From Candidatus Altimarinota bacterium (GTDB lineage Bacteria > Patescibacteriota > Gracilibacteria > UBA1369 > GCA-2718715), in the NCBI GenBank assembly GCA_041242255.1, contig JBESAV010000001.1:704001-768000 (forward strand): 64,000 nt of DNA, read 5' to 3'. Positions 42,381-52,700 of this stretch are shown here, piece after piece. Both the position numbers and the translations under genes were made by a program. The notes below the pieces were generated by a model that saw only the letters and a program-made list of their open reading frames with translations, had not been told where the DNA came from and searched no databases. The number at the start of each line of letters is the position of its first letter. Within the stretch, counting starts at the first letter, position 1.

Positions 42381-44121
42381 GAGTATTCAGGTTAGATTCA
42401 ATAAATTCCACAACTTCATCTAAATAAAATGGTCTACCATCATATTTAAGTAATCTACTAGCAAAAACATCTCTTTTAAATTCAGACTCTATACTCTTAC
42501 CAAATTGTCCAGCTCTATTACCTTCAACAAGTAAGACAGATTTCCCAGACTGGTAAACTTCAGTAAGCTTATCCAGTTTCAAAGGATACAAGTATTTATA
42601 ATGTAAATAACCAACTCTTACACCAGATTTATCTAAAACTTTCACAACATCATCCATAACTAATTTTGTACTTCCGAACCCTACAACATATACATCCGCA
42701 TCCTCCTCACCAAAAAGTTCAGGTTCAGGTAGTTCTTTTACTAAATATTCAACCTTCCTTGCTCTTTTATCTATCATCAACTCAGATTTTTTTGCATCCT
42801 CAGTTAATCGACCATCAATAAAATGCTCATCTCCATTTGCATAGTAGGGAACACTATTGCTTGCAGGAATCCATCTAGGCGAAACTCCGTTTTCACTTAA
42901 ACCATATCTCATCTGAGAAACAAGATCCTCAGAACTAGAAGTTAAATTCCTATCAATTTCTATCTGTTCAAAATCAGACTTCAAGACCAACTTCTTACTA
43001 TCAGCGATAAACTTTTCACTCATTACAAGTACTGGAATTTGCCACTTTTCAGCTAGATTAAACGCATCTTGAATAACTGCAGCACCATCATCAGCAGAGG
43101 ATACTGACATTACTACTCTAGAATATTCACCATGCCCAGCATTCGTCAATAAATCTAAATCTGCCTGTGCAGTCCAAGTAGGAAGTCCTGTAGCTGGACC
43201 AGGCCTTTGCACGTCAACTAACACAAGTGGAACCTCAATCATTGCTGCTAGAGACAAGGATTCAGTCATTAAATCAAAACCACCACCTGAAGTAGCAGTC
43301 ATTGCTCTAGTACCAGCATAAGAAGAACCAATATTTAATTGAACTGCAGTTATCTCGTCTTCAGCCTGTTTAACCATCATGTTAGTTTGAGGTGACCAAT
43401 CAGCTAAGTAAGTAAGTATCGAACTTGATGGACTCATAGGATAGGCATAGTAAGTTTTACAATCAGCTAATACAGCACCTAATGCAACAGACTTATTACC
43501 ATCCATTAGAGTATATTCATCAAGATTCGACTCATTAAAGTTCTCAAAAATCTTCTTTAACTTGTCTACAGATTTCACATCATCATATCCTGCCCTTAAA
43601 GCTAACAAATCAATCTCCAAAAGCTTTGGTTTACTAGCGAATTTCCTTTTCACAGCTGATTCAACCAACCCGTAGTCAAGACCAAGCAACTTCCACAAAG
43701 ATCCAATCAAAACAACGTTAGTCATCAACACATTTCCACCCACACTTTTAGCAAGTTTTCTTGATTCAATATCGTAAACCTTAACGTCTCGCTTCAACAA
43801 ATCTTTAGTCATATCAGCAATACCACTCAATCGTTCATACCCATGAACAAGATAGCCTCCCTCAACTATTCTTTCATTAAATTCCTGCATACCTTGTTTA
43901 TCCAGCCCCAACATCAAATCACAACTTTCGTTATAACTACTGACCATTTCATCAGAAAAGACCAAGCTAAAACATGAGTATCCACCTTTAATTAAAGAAG
44001 GAAACTCGCGATCTGCAAAAACAAAGTAACCAGCTTCCATTAAAGCATCAACTAAAATCTCACCAGTACTAAGGAGACCGGAGCCACTCTCTCCAACTAT
44101 ATTTATTTGATATCTATTCAT
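42370..44121 (-). CDS. 2-oxoacid:ferredoxin oxidoreductase alpha(gamma) subunit
   Basis: GESGSG, PSLIKGG, YPMSPSS, QAEDEI, ATSGGG, QRPGPATGLPT. Confidence 0.92.
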   Translation of the reverse strand: MNRYQINIVGESGSGLLSTGEILVDALMEAGYFVFADREFPSLIKGGYSCFSLVFSDEMVSSYNESCDLMLGLDKQGMQEFNERIVEGGYLVHGYERLSGIADMTKDLLKRDVKVYDIESRKLAKSVGGNVLMTNVVLIGSLWKLLGLDYGLVESAVKRKFASKPKLLEIDLLALRAGYDDVKSVDKLKKIFENFNESNLDEYTLMDGNKSVALGAVLADCKTYYAYPMSPSSSILTYLADWSPQTNMMVKQAEDEITAVQLNIGSSYAGTRAMTATSGGGFDLMTESLSLAAMIEVPLVLVDVQRPGPATGLPTWTAQADLDLLTNAGHGEYSRVVMSVSSADDGAAVIQDAFNLAEKWQIPVLVMSEKFIADSKKLVLKSDFEQIEIDRNLTSSSEDLVSQMRYGLSENGVSPRWIPASNSVPYYANGDEHFIDGRLTEDAKKSELMIDKRARKVEYLVKELPEPELFGEEDADVYVVGFGSTKLVMDDVVKVLDKSGVRVGYLHYKYLYPLKLDKLTEVYQSGKSVLLVEGNRAGQFGKSIESEFKRDVFASRLLKYDGRPFYLDEVVEFIESNLNTHGK

Positions 44122-44566
44122 CCAATTTACTTAAAATTTTATCACTAAACTCTTTTAAATTTTTCTCAAAGTCCTTGTAAACACATCCACCAATCTTTAA
44201 AACTTCAACAACCTCACCACCATTATCATCCACAAAACCTTCTAAAATCTTCGCAGATTCCATAAAATAATCTGAATCGTATTTCTTATCTCCAAGACCA
44301 ATCACAGCAAACTTTTTATCCTTAATTTCAAAGGAACATTTTTTGTAACTAGAAATAAATCTACCCATGTATTTTTCAAGTTGACCATGTCCATAAGTAG
44401 GGGATGCTAAAACGTATAATTTAGATTCACCTAATGAATCAAAATTAGAAACTTTTGCCTTGTGAACAACTACGGAACCACCCGCGCCTTCCAAGTAATC
44501 CTTAATAGCATTCACAACTAACTCTGTATTCCCTCCACCTGATCCGTAAACTATTTCAATCATCAC
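44114..44566 (-). CDS. Flavodoxin
   Basis: YGSGGGNTE, SPTYGHG, FAVIGLGD..Y. Confidence 0.85.
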   Translation of the reverse strand: MMIEIVYGSGGGNTELVVNAIKDYLEGAGGSVVVHKAKVSNFDSLGESKLYVLASPTYGHGQLEKYMGRFISSYKKCSFEIKDKKFAVIGLGDKKYDSDYFMESAKILEGFVDDNGGEVVEVLKIGGCVYKDFEKNLKEFSDKILSKLDE

Positions 44567-44620
44567 AAAATTTATATAAATACCTTACAACATTCACACA
44601 TTTTTATAAGATAACTCAAT

Positions 44621-44648
44621 TTGACAAAAACTAAAAACAACCTAGAAT
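44621..44648 (+). promoter_or_regulatory. sigma70-type promoter of rlmN
   Basis: TTGACA-16 nt-TAGAAT. Confidence 0.55.
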
Positions 44649-44668
44649 AACGATATATAAAATCTCAA

Positions 44669-45715
44669 ATGCAAAACAGAGAAGCTCAGATCAAAGACCT
44701 CTTCCCAAACCAACCAGACTACAGGTACAAACAAATAATAACTCAACTATTCCAAGTTGATAACAAAACATGGAATGACTTCACAAACCTTCCTTTAGAG
44801 ATGAGAGATGAACTCACCCACAAAATACCGTTTTTTACAGTCCATGAAGATCTAGTACAAGTAAGCCAAAGGAAAGATACATATAAGGCTAAACTTAAAG
44901 TTGATAACGGTGAAAGTCCCGCTTTCATAGAAAGTGTCCTCATGTTAAACCCAAGAAACCAGTGGACAATCTGTGTATCCTCACAAATTGGTTGTGCTAT
45001 GGCATGTTCTTTTTGTGCCACAGGAAAAATGGGACTAAGCCGAAACCTAACAGATGATGAAATTATTGATCAATTTAGGTTTTGGCAACATTTCTTGATT
45101 AAGAATCCAGAAATACCACAAAGAATTTCAAATATTGTTTTTATGGGAATGGGTGAACCACTAGCCAACTACAATAACGTAAAATCAGCTATCAACTCTA
45201 TACTAACTCATACAGACTTGGGACATACCAAGATAACTGTATCAACCGTTGGTGTTATACCAAGCTTAAAAAGAATTCTAACTGATCCAGAGTGGCCAGA
45301 TGTGAGAATTGCACTCTCACTACATAGTGCCGACAAACAAACCAGAGAAGATATTGTACCTACATCCTTCAAGACCTTTTTAGAAGATATCAGAGAGTGG
45401 GCACGAGAATACCTTCAAAAATTTGGTAATAGAAAACACCATCTTACCTTCGAATACGTTATGCTTAAGACTGTCAATGATACTCGAGAACATGCAACCA
45501 AACTTGCTAATTTCGTAAAATCAATTGGAAATGTAAAAGTAAATCTAATACCATACAATTTCATTGGAATGGAATTCCAAAGCACAACACCAGCTCACAT
45601 GACAAAGTTTAAAGACTATTTAACTGATCATGGAGTTACTACAACTATACGTAAAACCATGGGAGAAGACATTGATGCCGCATGTGGACAACTTATAACT
45701 AAAAACAAATCATGA
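44669..45715 (+). CDS. rlmN: 23S rRNA (adenine(2503)-C2)-methyltransferase (radical SAM)
   Basis: CVSSQIGCAMACSFCATG, MGMGEP, SLHS, DIDAACGQL. Confidence 0.93.
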   Translation: MQNREAQIKDLFPNQPDYRYKQIITQLFQVDNKTWNDFTNLPLEMRDELTHKIPFFTVHEDLVQVSQRKDTYKAKLKVDNGESPAFIESVLMLNPRNQWTICVSSQIGCAMACSFCATGKMGLSRNLTDDEIIDQFRFWQHFLIKNPEIPQRISNIVFMGMGEPLANYNNVKSAINSILTHTDLGHTKITVSTVGVIPSLKRILTDPEWPDVRIALSLHSADKQTREDIVPTSFKTFLEDIREWAREYLQKFGNRKHHLTFEYVMLKTVNDTREHATKLANFVKSIGNVKVNLIPYNFIGMEFQSTTPAHMTKFKDYLTDHGVTTTIRKTMGEDIDAACGQLITKNKS

Positions 45716-46446
45716 AAAAAACACTAATTATAACTATCATAGCATTACTTCTATCAGGTTGCTTCGAAAGTCCTGAACCAGCTATCCAAGAAACAAACAC
45801 AGAAGATCCTGCACCAGTAAATCAAGATAATACTCAATCAGAAACACAAACATCAACTCCAGTAGCCTCATATATAAAACTAGATGTACCATTCACATCT
45901 CAAGCTCCACATTCAAACTGGGACGATCCCTACCAAGAAGCTTGTGAAGAAGCTTCACTGATCATGGCTTATGATTTTTACCAAGGTAAAACCTCATATA
46001 CTAAAGAAGAGGCAGACCAAAGAATACTTGAGTTAGTATCCTACCAAAACAATAATGGATACGGAGAAGATGTAACATTAAAGGAACTTCAAGAAATTAC
46101 ACTAGACTTCTACTCTATGCAGTCAAAAATTCTTGAACAAGAAAACATTAACTTAGAATCCTTCAAACAAGAGCTTAATGAAGGCAATCCAATCATAATA
46201 CCAGCAGCAGGACAAAAACTAGGTAATCCAAACTTCAGTGGAGATGGCCCTCCATTTCATATGCTAGTGGTAATAGGTTATGATGAAAGCTCACAAACAT
46301 TTATCACCCATGACCCTGGTACAAGAAATGGTAAAGACTACGAATATTCATACCAAACAATCCTTACTTCAATCAGAGATTGGACTGGATCAAAAGATAC
46401 TATAGAACAGGGGACACCTAGAGCAATGGTACTCACACCACAATAA
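45712..46446 (+). CDS. Lipoprotein, C39-like peptidase
   Basis: Lipobox LLSGC; VPFTSQAP, ACEEAS (Cys), FHMLVVIGYD (His), THDP (Asp). Confidence 0.8.
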   Translation: MKKTLIITIIALLLSGCFESPEPAIQETNTEDPAPVNQDNTQSETQTSTPVASYIKLDVPFTSQAPHSNWDDPYQEACEEASLIMAYDFYQGKTSYTKEEADQRILELVSYQNNNGYGEDVTLKELQEITLDFYSMQSKILEQENINLESFKQELNEGNPIIIPAAGQKLGNPNFSGDGPPFHMLVVIGYDESSQTFITHDPGTRNGKDYEYSYQTILTSIRDWTGSKDTIEQGTPRAMVLTPQ

Positions 46447-46521
46447 ACACTTATAGTGACCCCAACATATGCAAGAAGGTTAAATTAAATATAAAATACT
46501 TTTGATTTAACCCTTTTAACT

Positions 46522-46899
46522 ATGAAAAAACTAAGCATATTCATAATCGGACTACTGCTAGGTATTTCCACTACAGGAGTAGCAGCTTACTCGATCTTCT
46601 CAGATGTAGACCCAAACGCTTACTATGCAGATGCAATCAATAATGTCTTCTACAAAGGACTCATAACTGGTTACGATAACTACAATTTTGGACCAGAAGA
46701 TCCTTTATCTAGAGGGCAAATGGCTGTAATCATGGAAAGATTTGACGAACACGTGGCAAACACCTTAGAAGATCAATACGGACTCACTTACACTTGTCCA
46801 CAAACAGTTCCTCTCAATTGCACAGGCAACGAAGAACTAGGATCAGGTTGTAAAAACCAAGATTACATCAACTGGGTCGCAAACAACTGCTCAGAATAA
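46522..46899 (+). CDS. Secreted S-layer homology (SLH) domain protein
   Basis: Signal peptide; FSDV...GLITGY...FGPEDPLSRGQMA; Cys-containing tail. Confidence 0.8.
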   Translation: MKKLSIFIIGLLLGISTTGVAAYSIFSDVDPNAYYADAINNVFYKGLITGYDNYNFGPEDPLSRGQMAVIMERFDEHVANTLEDQYGLTYTCPQTVPLNCTGNEELGSGCKNQDYINWVANNCSE

Positions 46900-46909
46900 T
46901 AAAAAACTT

Positions 46910-46935
46910 AAACCACTCCCTCGAGTGGTTTTTTT
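46910..46935 (+). terminator. Intrinsic terminator
   Basis: AAACCACTC-CCTC-GAGTGGTTTTTTT. Confidence 0.7.
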
Positions 46936-47021
46936 ATACTATTTCTCAAGCATAGTTATTTAAACTCAATAATATCTAGCACATGACAAACAAAAAAGAC
47001 CCAATAAATGGATCTAACTTG

Positions 47022-47096
47022 TGGCTCCTGGGGTCGGATTCGAACCGACGACCAATTGGTTAACAGCCAACTGCTCTACCACTGAGCTACCCAGGA
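47022..47096 (-). tRNA. tRNA-Asn(GTT)
   Basis: Reverse complement TCCTGGG TAGCTCAGTGGTAGAGC A GTTGG CT GTT AA CCAAT...GGTTCGAATCC...CCCAGGA G CCA. Confidence 0.96.
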
Positions 47097-48259
47097 TTGT
47101 ATTCCAGTTTATAAATCTGACGATGTACAAACTGATCTTCTCTACCATATACAAATGATATCTTATCTTTATTACCACGCAGTAATTTAGCAGGCAACAA
47201 AGTGGACACAATATAACCAAGCTCTTCAACTTTTTCAACTATTTTTTTCATATATATTTCTCTACCTCTACTTTGCACATTAAATACTGGCAAACAAAGT
47301 ACAACATTAAAACTATCATCTGCCTTAACTTCACTTAAATTAGATAAAAAATCCATCATTAACTTTTCTATTTGTCTAGATTCTTTAACCATATCTTCAT
47401 AATCCTCATGACCTCTTTTAGGTTCACCCAGATAACCTTCAGTTACAAAGAGGTTAACATTCTCAACCTCATTTGACTTCAACCCCCTAGCATCAGCTTT
47501 GAAGACATCAACTTTTTTATCAAACACATACTCAAAGTTACTTGAAGTTCCTTTAACGTTAACCTCTTGTATATCACTACCTCTAACAGCATAACCCATC
47601 AATGTGGCTTCTATCAAAACAGTTCCGGTACCACAGAAAGGATCCATCACAACCTTTGTATCCTCTTCCAAACCAATATTAATCATTGCTTGCGACAACT
47701 TTGGTGGCAACATACCCAGTACAGGGTCTCTATATGGCTTACCTGCATCGCGCTCAGAGTATTTATTGATATCTTGTACAGCAACCATCTTCAACAAGAA
47801 GTACTCAGATCTAAACTTTAAAGCTTTTAAGGCAATACATTCATTTGGCCATCCATCCCCCCATATTGCAGCAGTACTCCAATTAGTTCTAAATTTAACC
47901 TTAATATTTTCTTTCGACATCAATTTTTTAGATTCAGTTAAAACCTTTCTTATATCTTTAAAATGTAAATAATTACTTTCAAAGAATATATGACCTTTTC
48001 CATAAATAGTTTCACGAGCAATATCCAAAAACTTCTCAATAGCTTTATCCCTACTTATCTTTTCTTTAGCTACACTTTCAATTTCATAAACAGAAACAAT
48101 CGATCCAACCTTATCAATCCATTCTTGATCAAGAACTTCATTTGTTTCTACATATATATACCTTCCACTAAGATACTTCAAAGATTCCTCACCCAATACA
48201 GATTTCATTTCAGCCAAAGCCAAGTCTTCAAATTTACCTATCTCTAAAATATATTTCAT
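47087..48259 (-). CDS. Trm11/TrmG10-like SAM-dependent RNA methyltransferase
   Basis: GMLPPKLSQAMIN, VMDPFCGTGTVLIEA (motif I), TEGYLG (motif IV variant); 3' end overlaps tRNA-Asn by 10 nt. Confidence 0.7.
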   Translation of the reverse strand: MKYILEIGKFEDLALAEMKSVLGEESLKYLSGRYIYVETNEVLDQEWIDKVGSIVSVYEIESVAKEKISRDKAIEKFLDIARETIYGKGHIFFESNYLHFKDIRKVLTESKKLMSKENIKVKFRTNWSTAAIWGDGWPNECIALKALKFRSEYFLLKMVAVQDINKYSERDAGKPYRDPVLGMLPPKLSQAMINIGLEEDTKVVMDPFCGTGTVLIEATLMGYAVRGSDIQEVNVKGTSSNFEYVFDKKVDVFKADARGLKSNEVENVNLFVTEGYLGEPKRGHEDYEDMVKESRQIEKLMMDFLSNLSEVKADDSFNVVLCLPVFNVQSRGREIYMKKIVEKVEELGYIVSTLLPAKLLRGNKDKISFVYGREDQFVHRQIYKLEYNPG

Positions 48260-48401
48260 GAATTACTCAAAATCATTAATTACATCCGTGATACTATCAC
48301 ATATTTTATCAATAATACTAGGCCTAATCATTGGCTACATAGAAATAAGGATACACTACAAACCTAACATTCCTCAAATTACCTTAGAGCCAGAAATATA
48401 A
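48258..48401 (+). CDS. Putative 47-aa single-TM small protein
   Basis: MNYSKSLITSVILSHILSIILGLIIGYIEIRIHYKPNIPQITLEPEI*, below the ORF track cutoff; fills the gap before ssb. Confidence 0.45.
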   Translation: MNYSKSLITSVILSHILSIILGLIIGYIEIRIHYKPNIPQITLEPEI

Positions 48402-48461
48402 TCCACTTGAACATACAACCCATAAAACATAATATCACCTTAACAATTAACAAAATACATC

Positions 48462-48929
48462 ATGGCAATGTCACTAAACCAAGCCCAAATAATTGGAAAC
48501 CTAACAAAAGAACCAGACGTTAGACAAACTCCAAACGGTAGCACAGTAGCAACATTTACAGTAGCAACTAACTACACTTGGAAAGATTCAAACGGACAAA
48601 AACAAGAAAAAGCAGAATTCCACAACGTAGTCGCTTGGGGGAAACTTGCTGAAATATGCCAAAATTACCTCAACAAAGGTCAAAAGGTATACATCCAAGG
48701 AAGACTTCAAACACGTGATTGGGAAGCTGAAGATGGATCTAGAAGATATAAAACTGAAATCATTGCTGATAACATGATAATGCTTTCAAGCAGTTCACAA
48801 AGCTCATCTCAAGGCTCTTACAACAATCAACAACAAGAACCTGCTAAAGCAGCTGTAGCACCAGACTCTGGAAACGCTGATTTTTCAAACAACGATGATG
48901 AAATAAGTATAGATGACCTACCATTCTAA
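48462..48929 (+). CDS. ssb: Single-stranded DNA-binding protein
   Basis: IIGNLTKEP, WGKLAE, GRLQTR, C-terminal DDLPF. Confidence 0.96.
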   Translation: MAMSLNQAQIIGNLTKEPDVRQTPNGSTVATFTVATNYTWKDSNGQKQEKAEFHNVVAWGKLAEICQNYLNKGQKVYIQGRLQTRDWEAEDGSRRYKTEIIADNMIMLSSSSQSSSQGSYNNQQQEPAKAAVAPDSGNADFSNNDDEISIDDLPF

Positions 48930-48931
48930 AT

Positions 48932-49105
48932 AAAAAAAGCGATGAGATAGAGAGTAACCCCGGAAGACGACTTAGCTAGTAACTAGACCAGCAAGGTGTC
49001 GCCACTACCGCCTGTACTTGAAATGCAACAGTCGAAACCATTACACCCAGGCCTTAAGACAGCTCCAGGATTACCCTTCATCTCACCACTTTTTCTAAAG
49101 ATCAC
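48932..49105 (-). ncRNA. Rod-shaped ncRNA, probable 6S RNA
   Basis: Minus strand AGTGGTGAGAT/ATCTCATCGCT and AGGGTAATCCTGGAG/TTCCGGGGTTACTCT closing helices (GU pairs work only on this strand), central bubble, own promoter, T-tract end, about 175 nt. Confidence 0.6.
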
Positions 49106-49111
49106 ATTTTA

Positions 49112-49139
49112 ATTATAACAAAAACATAACTTTAGTCAA
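49112..49139 (-). promoter_or_regulatory. Strong sigma70 promoter for the 6S-like RNA
   Basis: Minus strand TTGACT-16 nt-TATAAT with extended -10 (TGT-TATAAT). Confidence 0.65.
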
Positions 49140-49144
49140 CCTAA

Positions 49145-49717
49145 ATGAGTCAAAAGCAAAACTATTTTTACATGATTATTGGTCCATCAGGTGTTGGGAA
49201 AGGATCAATCATTAAAAATCTTAAAACAATACCAAACACGCACTTTCCAGTTAGTTATACAACCAGGGATCCCAGAGTAGGTGAGCAAGATGGACAAACA
49301 TACCATTTTATATCTCAAGAAGAATTTGAAAATAAAATAGAAAAAAATGAATTCTTAGAGTACGCCTTAGTCCACAAAAAAGCTTATTATGGTACTGACA
49401 AAGCATCAATTTTAGAAGCCCTTGATCAAGGAAAAAACGTAATAAGAGAAATAGACTTTCAAGGCTATGAGTCTGTCAAAAAATTACTGGAACCCAATCA
49501 ATACAAATCAATATATATTACTGCCGGTGACTGGGAGACTCTCAAAGAAAGAATCACATCAAGAAGTCCTATATCAGACGATGAACTAAACAAAAGAAAA
49601 GATAGCTTTATGATCGAACAAAAATATAAAGATGAAGCAGATTACGTAATCACAAACAAGAACGGACAACTCGAGAATGCAGTTCAAGAAATTACAGAAA
49701 TTATCCAAAAAGGCTAA
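49145..49717 (+). CDS. gmk: Guanylate kinase
   Basis: GPSGVGKG, SYTTRDPRVGE, YHF, YYGT, EID. Confidence 0.94.
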   Translation: MSQKQNYFYMIIGPSGVGKGSIIKNLKTIPNTHFPVSYTTRDPRVGEQDGQTYHFISQEEFENKIEKNEFLEYALVHKKAYYGTDKASILEALDQGKNVIREIDFQGYESVKKLLEPNQYKSIYITAGDWETLKERITSRSPISDDELNKRKDSFMIEQKYKDEADYVITNKNGQLENAVQEITEIIQKG

Positions 49718-49718
49718 A

Positions 49719-49747
49719 TTGACGTATTTACATAAAAAAACTATTAT
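49719..49747 (+). promoter_or_regulatory. sigma70-type promoter of ileS
   Basis: TTGACG-17 nt-TATTAT. Confidence 0.5.
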
Positions 49748-49769
49748 CCAGACATCTTAATAAAAAACT

Positions 49770-52700
49770 ATGTTTGATCCAGTTGATAATAAAAAATCTC
49801 TCCCAGACCTAGAAAGAGAGCTTGTTAAACATTGGCAAGATAAAAATATTTTCAAAAAGTCTATCCAAAAAAATAAAGACAATCCTAAATTTACATTTTT
49901 TGATGGGCCTCCTTTTGCTAACGGACTACCTCATTATGGACATCTTTTAGCAATGTCATTAAAAGATGCAGTTACAAGATATCAAACCATGAAAGGTAAA
50001 TACGTCCCTCGTACAAACGGATGGGATTGTCATGGACTACCAGTAGAATACGAAATCGAAAAAGAAACAGGTATAACAGGACAAAAAGCTATTAAGGAAC
50101 ATGGAATAGATAAATTCAACCAACTTTGCCGTGAAAGCGTATTTAAATATACAAACCAATGGGAAGAAATGTTCCACAGAATAGCAAGATGGGTAGATGA
50201 GGATGACTCGTATGCCACCTTAGACAACAACTACATGGAATCAATTTGGTGGGTTTTCAAGCAAATCTGGGACAAAGGTTTAGTTTATGAAGGGTATAGA
50301 CCAATGCACATTTCACCACTACTAGAAACTCCACTTTCAAACTTCGAAGTATCCTTAGCTTACAAAGACGTAACTGACCTATCTGTTATTGCAAAATTCA
50401 AGCTTACAAAAGAATCATTACAAAAAATTTCTATTGAAGACAAAGAAGTCTACATCTTGGCCTGGACTACTACCCCTTGGACTTTACCTGGAAACGTTGC
50501 TTTAGCATTTGGAGAAGATATCGATTATGTATTAGTAAAACATGATGAAACTTTTTATATCTTAGCCAAGGAACTAATCCAAGCCAACTTCGGTGAAGAT
50601 GAAGTAGAAATCGTCCAAGACATAAATCCTAAAGACCTTGAAGATTCAACTTATGAGCCATTATTCGATTACTATAAACAATCAGATCTAGAAGGTAAAT
50701 ACTGCACAATCCAAATTGCAGATTTCGTAACCACAGACTCTGGTACAGGAATTGTTCATATTGCAACCATGTTTGGTGAGGACGACTTCAATCTTGGAGA
50801 AGAGAAAGGACTAGCTAGAATACAACACGTAGGAATGGACGGTAAATTTTTTGATAATATCAAGGGATACGAAGGTAAATTTGTAAAAGGACAAGATCTC
50901 AACATTGCACATGAACTTGAAGAAAGAGGACTACTTTTCAAAAAAGAAAACTATCGTCATAGCTACCCACATTGCTGGAGAACTGACGGGCCACTACTTA
51001 ACTACACTACCAAATCCCTTTTCATAAAAGTGACCGATGTCAAAGAACGATTAATAGAAAACAATAAGGAAATCAACTGGCAACCAGATCACATTAAAGA
51101 AGGTAGATTTGGTAAATGGCTAGAAGGTGCCAGAGATTGGTCTATATCTAGAAATAGATTCTGGGGTTGTCCAATTCCAGTTTGGGAATCAACCACAACA
51201 GGTGAAAAAATATGTATAGGATCCATAGAAGAGCTTAAAAAGCTATCTAAAGGTAAACTCCCATTAGACAAGGAAGGAAACTTAGATCTACACAAACCCT
51301 ACATTGACGACATAGTATTATACTCACCTACAGATGGATCAGAGATGCACAGAATACCTGATGTATTCGACTGTTGGTTTGAAAGTGGATCTATGCCTTA
51401 TGCCCAATTACACTACCCATTCGAAAACAAAGAGTTATTCGAAAATAATTTCCCAGCAGATTTCATAGCCGAAGGACAAGATCAAACTAGAGGTTGGTTC
51501 TACACGCTGCACGTTCTATCAACAATATTGTTTGATAAACCAGCTTTCAAAAACGTGATTTGTACTGGAATGCTACTCGCAAAAGACGGTCAAAAACTAT
51601 CCAAGAGTAAAAGAAACTACCCTGAACCATCTGTACTTTTTGAAGAGAAAGGTGTGGATGCCTTGAGACTTTTCTTATATCAATCAAATGTACCGCTTGC
51701 AGAAAGTACGAGATTTTCAGATGACCATGTAGACGAAATAATGAAGAAGTTCAGCCTAACTTTCTGGAACACATATTCATTCTTTATCACATACGCAAAC
51801 ATAGACAACTTCACTAAAGATAATGTTGACCTTTCAAACTTAAATCAATTCCATGAACTAGACAGGTTTATTATCTCTAAGTTAAACTCACTGATCAAAG
51901 AGGTGACAGAAAACATGGACGCTTACAACTTCCCTAAAGCTACTCGACCTATTATAGAATTCATGGATACTCTATCAAATTGGTATATTAGAAGAAGTAG
52001 GAGAAGATTCTGGAAAACTGTAAACGACACAGACAAATTCCAAGCATTCAGCACTTTATACTATGTACTAGAAAACTTAGCTAGATTATCAGCACCATTT
52101 ACACCTTTCATTTCTGAATCTGTTTACCAAAACCTTACAAAAGAGGAGTCAGTTCACTTAGCAAACTGGCCAAAATACGATGGAGCATTGATTGATTCAG
52201 ACCTAATCCAAAAAATGGATTTAGCAAGAAGCATCATTAATTCAGGACATGCTCTAAGAAGCCAAGCTAATATCAAAGTTAGACAACCTTTATCTAAAGT
52301 TGAAGTTGCAATACCCCAAAAAGAACTCCAAGAACAAGTCGAAGAACTTAAGGAAGTAATCAAAGACGAATTAAACGTAAAAAACATTTCAATAATTGAT
52401 TCCGCTGAAGACTTTGTAAACAAAACAGTAAAACCAAATGCCAAAAAACTAGGACCAACCCTTGGACATAAAATGAAAGAAATAATTAACGCTTCACGAA
52501 ATAATGAATTTGAAATAAAAGGAGAACAAATAGAAATCGCAGGAGAAACTCTAGAACTAGAAGGCAACTTTGAAATCCAGTTCGAAGCTAAAGAGGGAAC
52601 ACTAGCAGAAAGTCAGAATGGAATTGCAACAATCCTTCACACTGAACTTTCAGAAGAACTAATTCAAGAAGGAATAGTTCGAGATATAATCAGACAAATT

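Noticed and set aside
47014-47238. 74-aa minus-strand ORF
   Set aside because: Alternative frame running through tRNA-Asn and the methyltransferase 3' end; not protein-like.
49031-49048. Minus-strand GGGTGTAATGGTTTCGAC resembles a tmRNA 5' end
   Set aside because: It lies mid-hairpin in a ~175-nt unit with no T-arm/CCA end or tag reading frame; a rod-shaped 6S-like RNA fits better.
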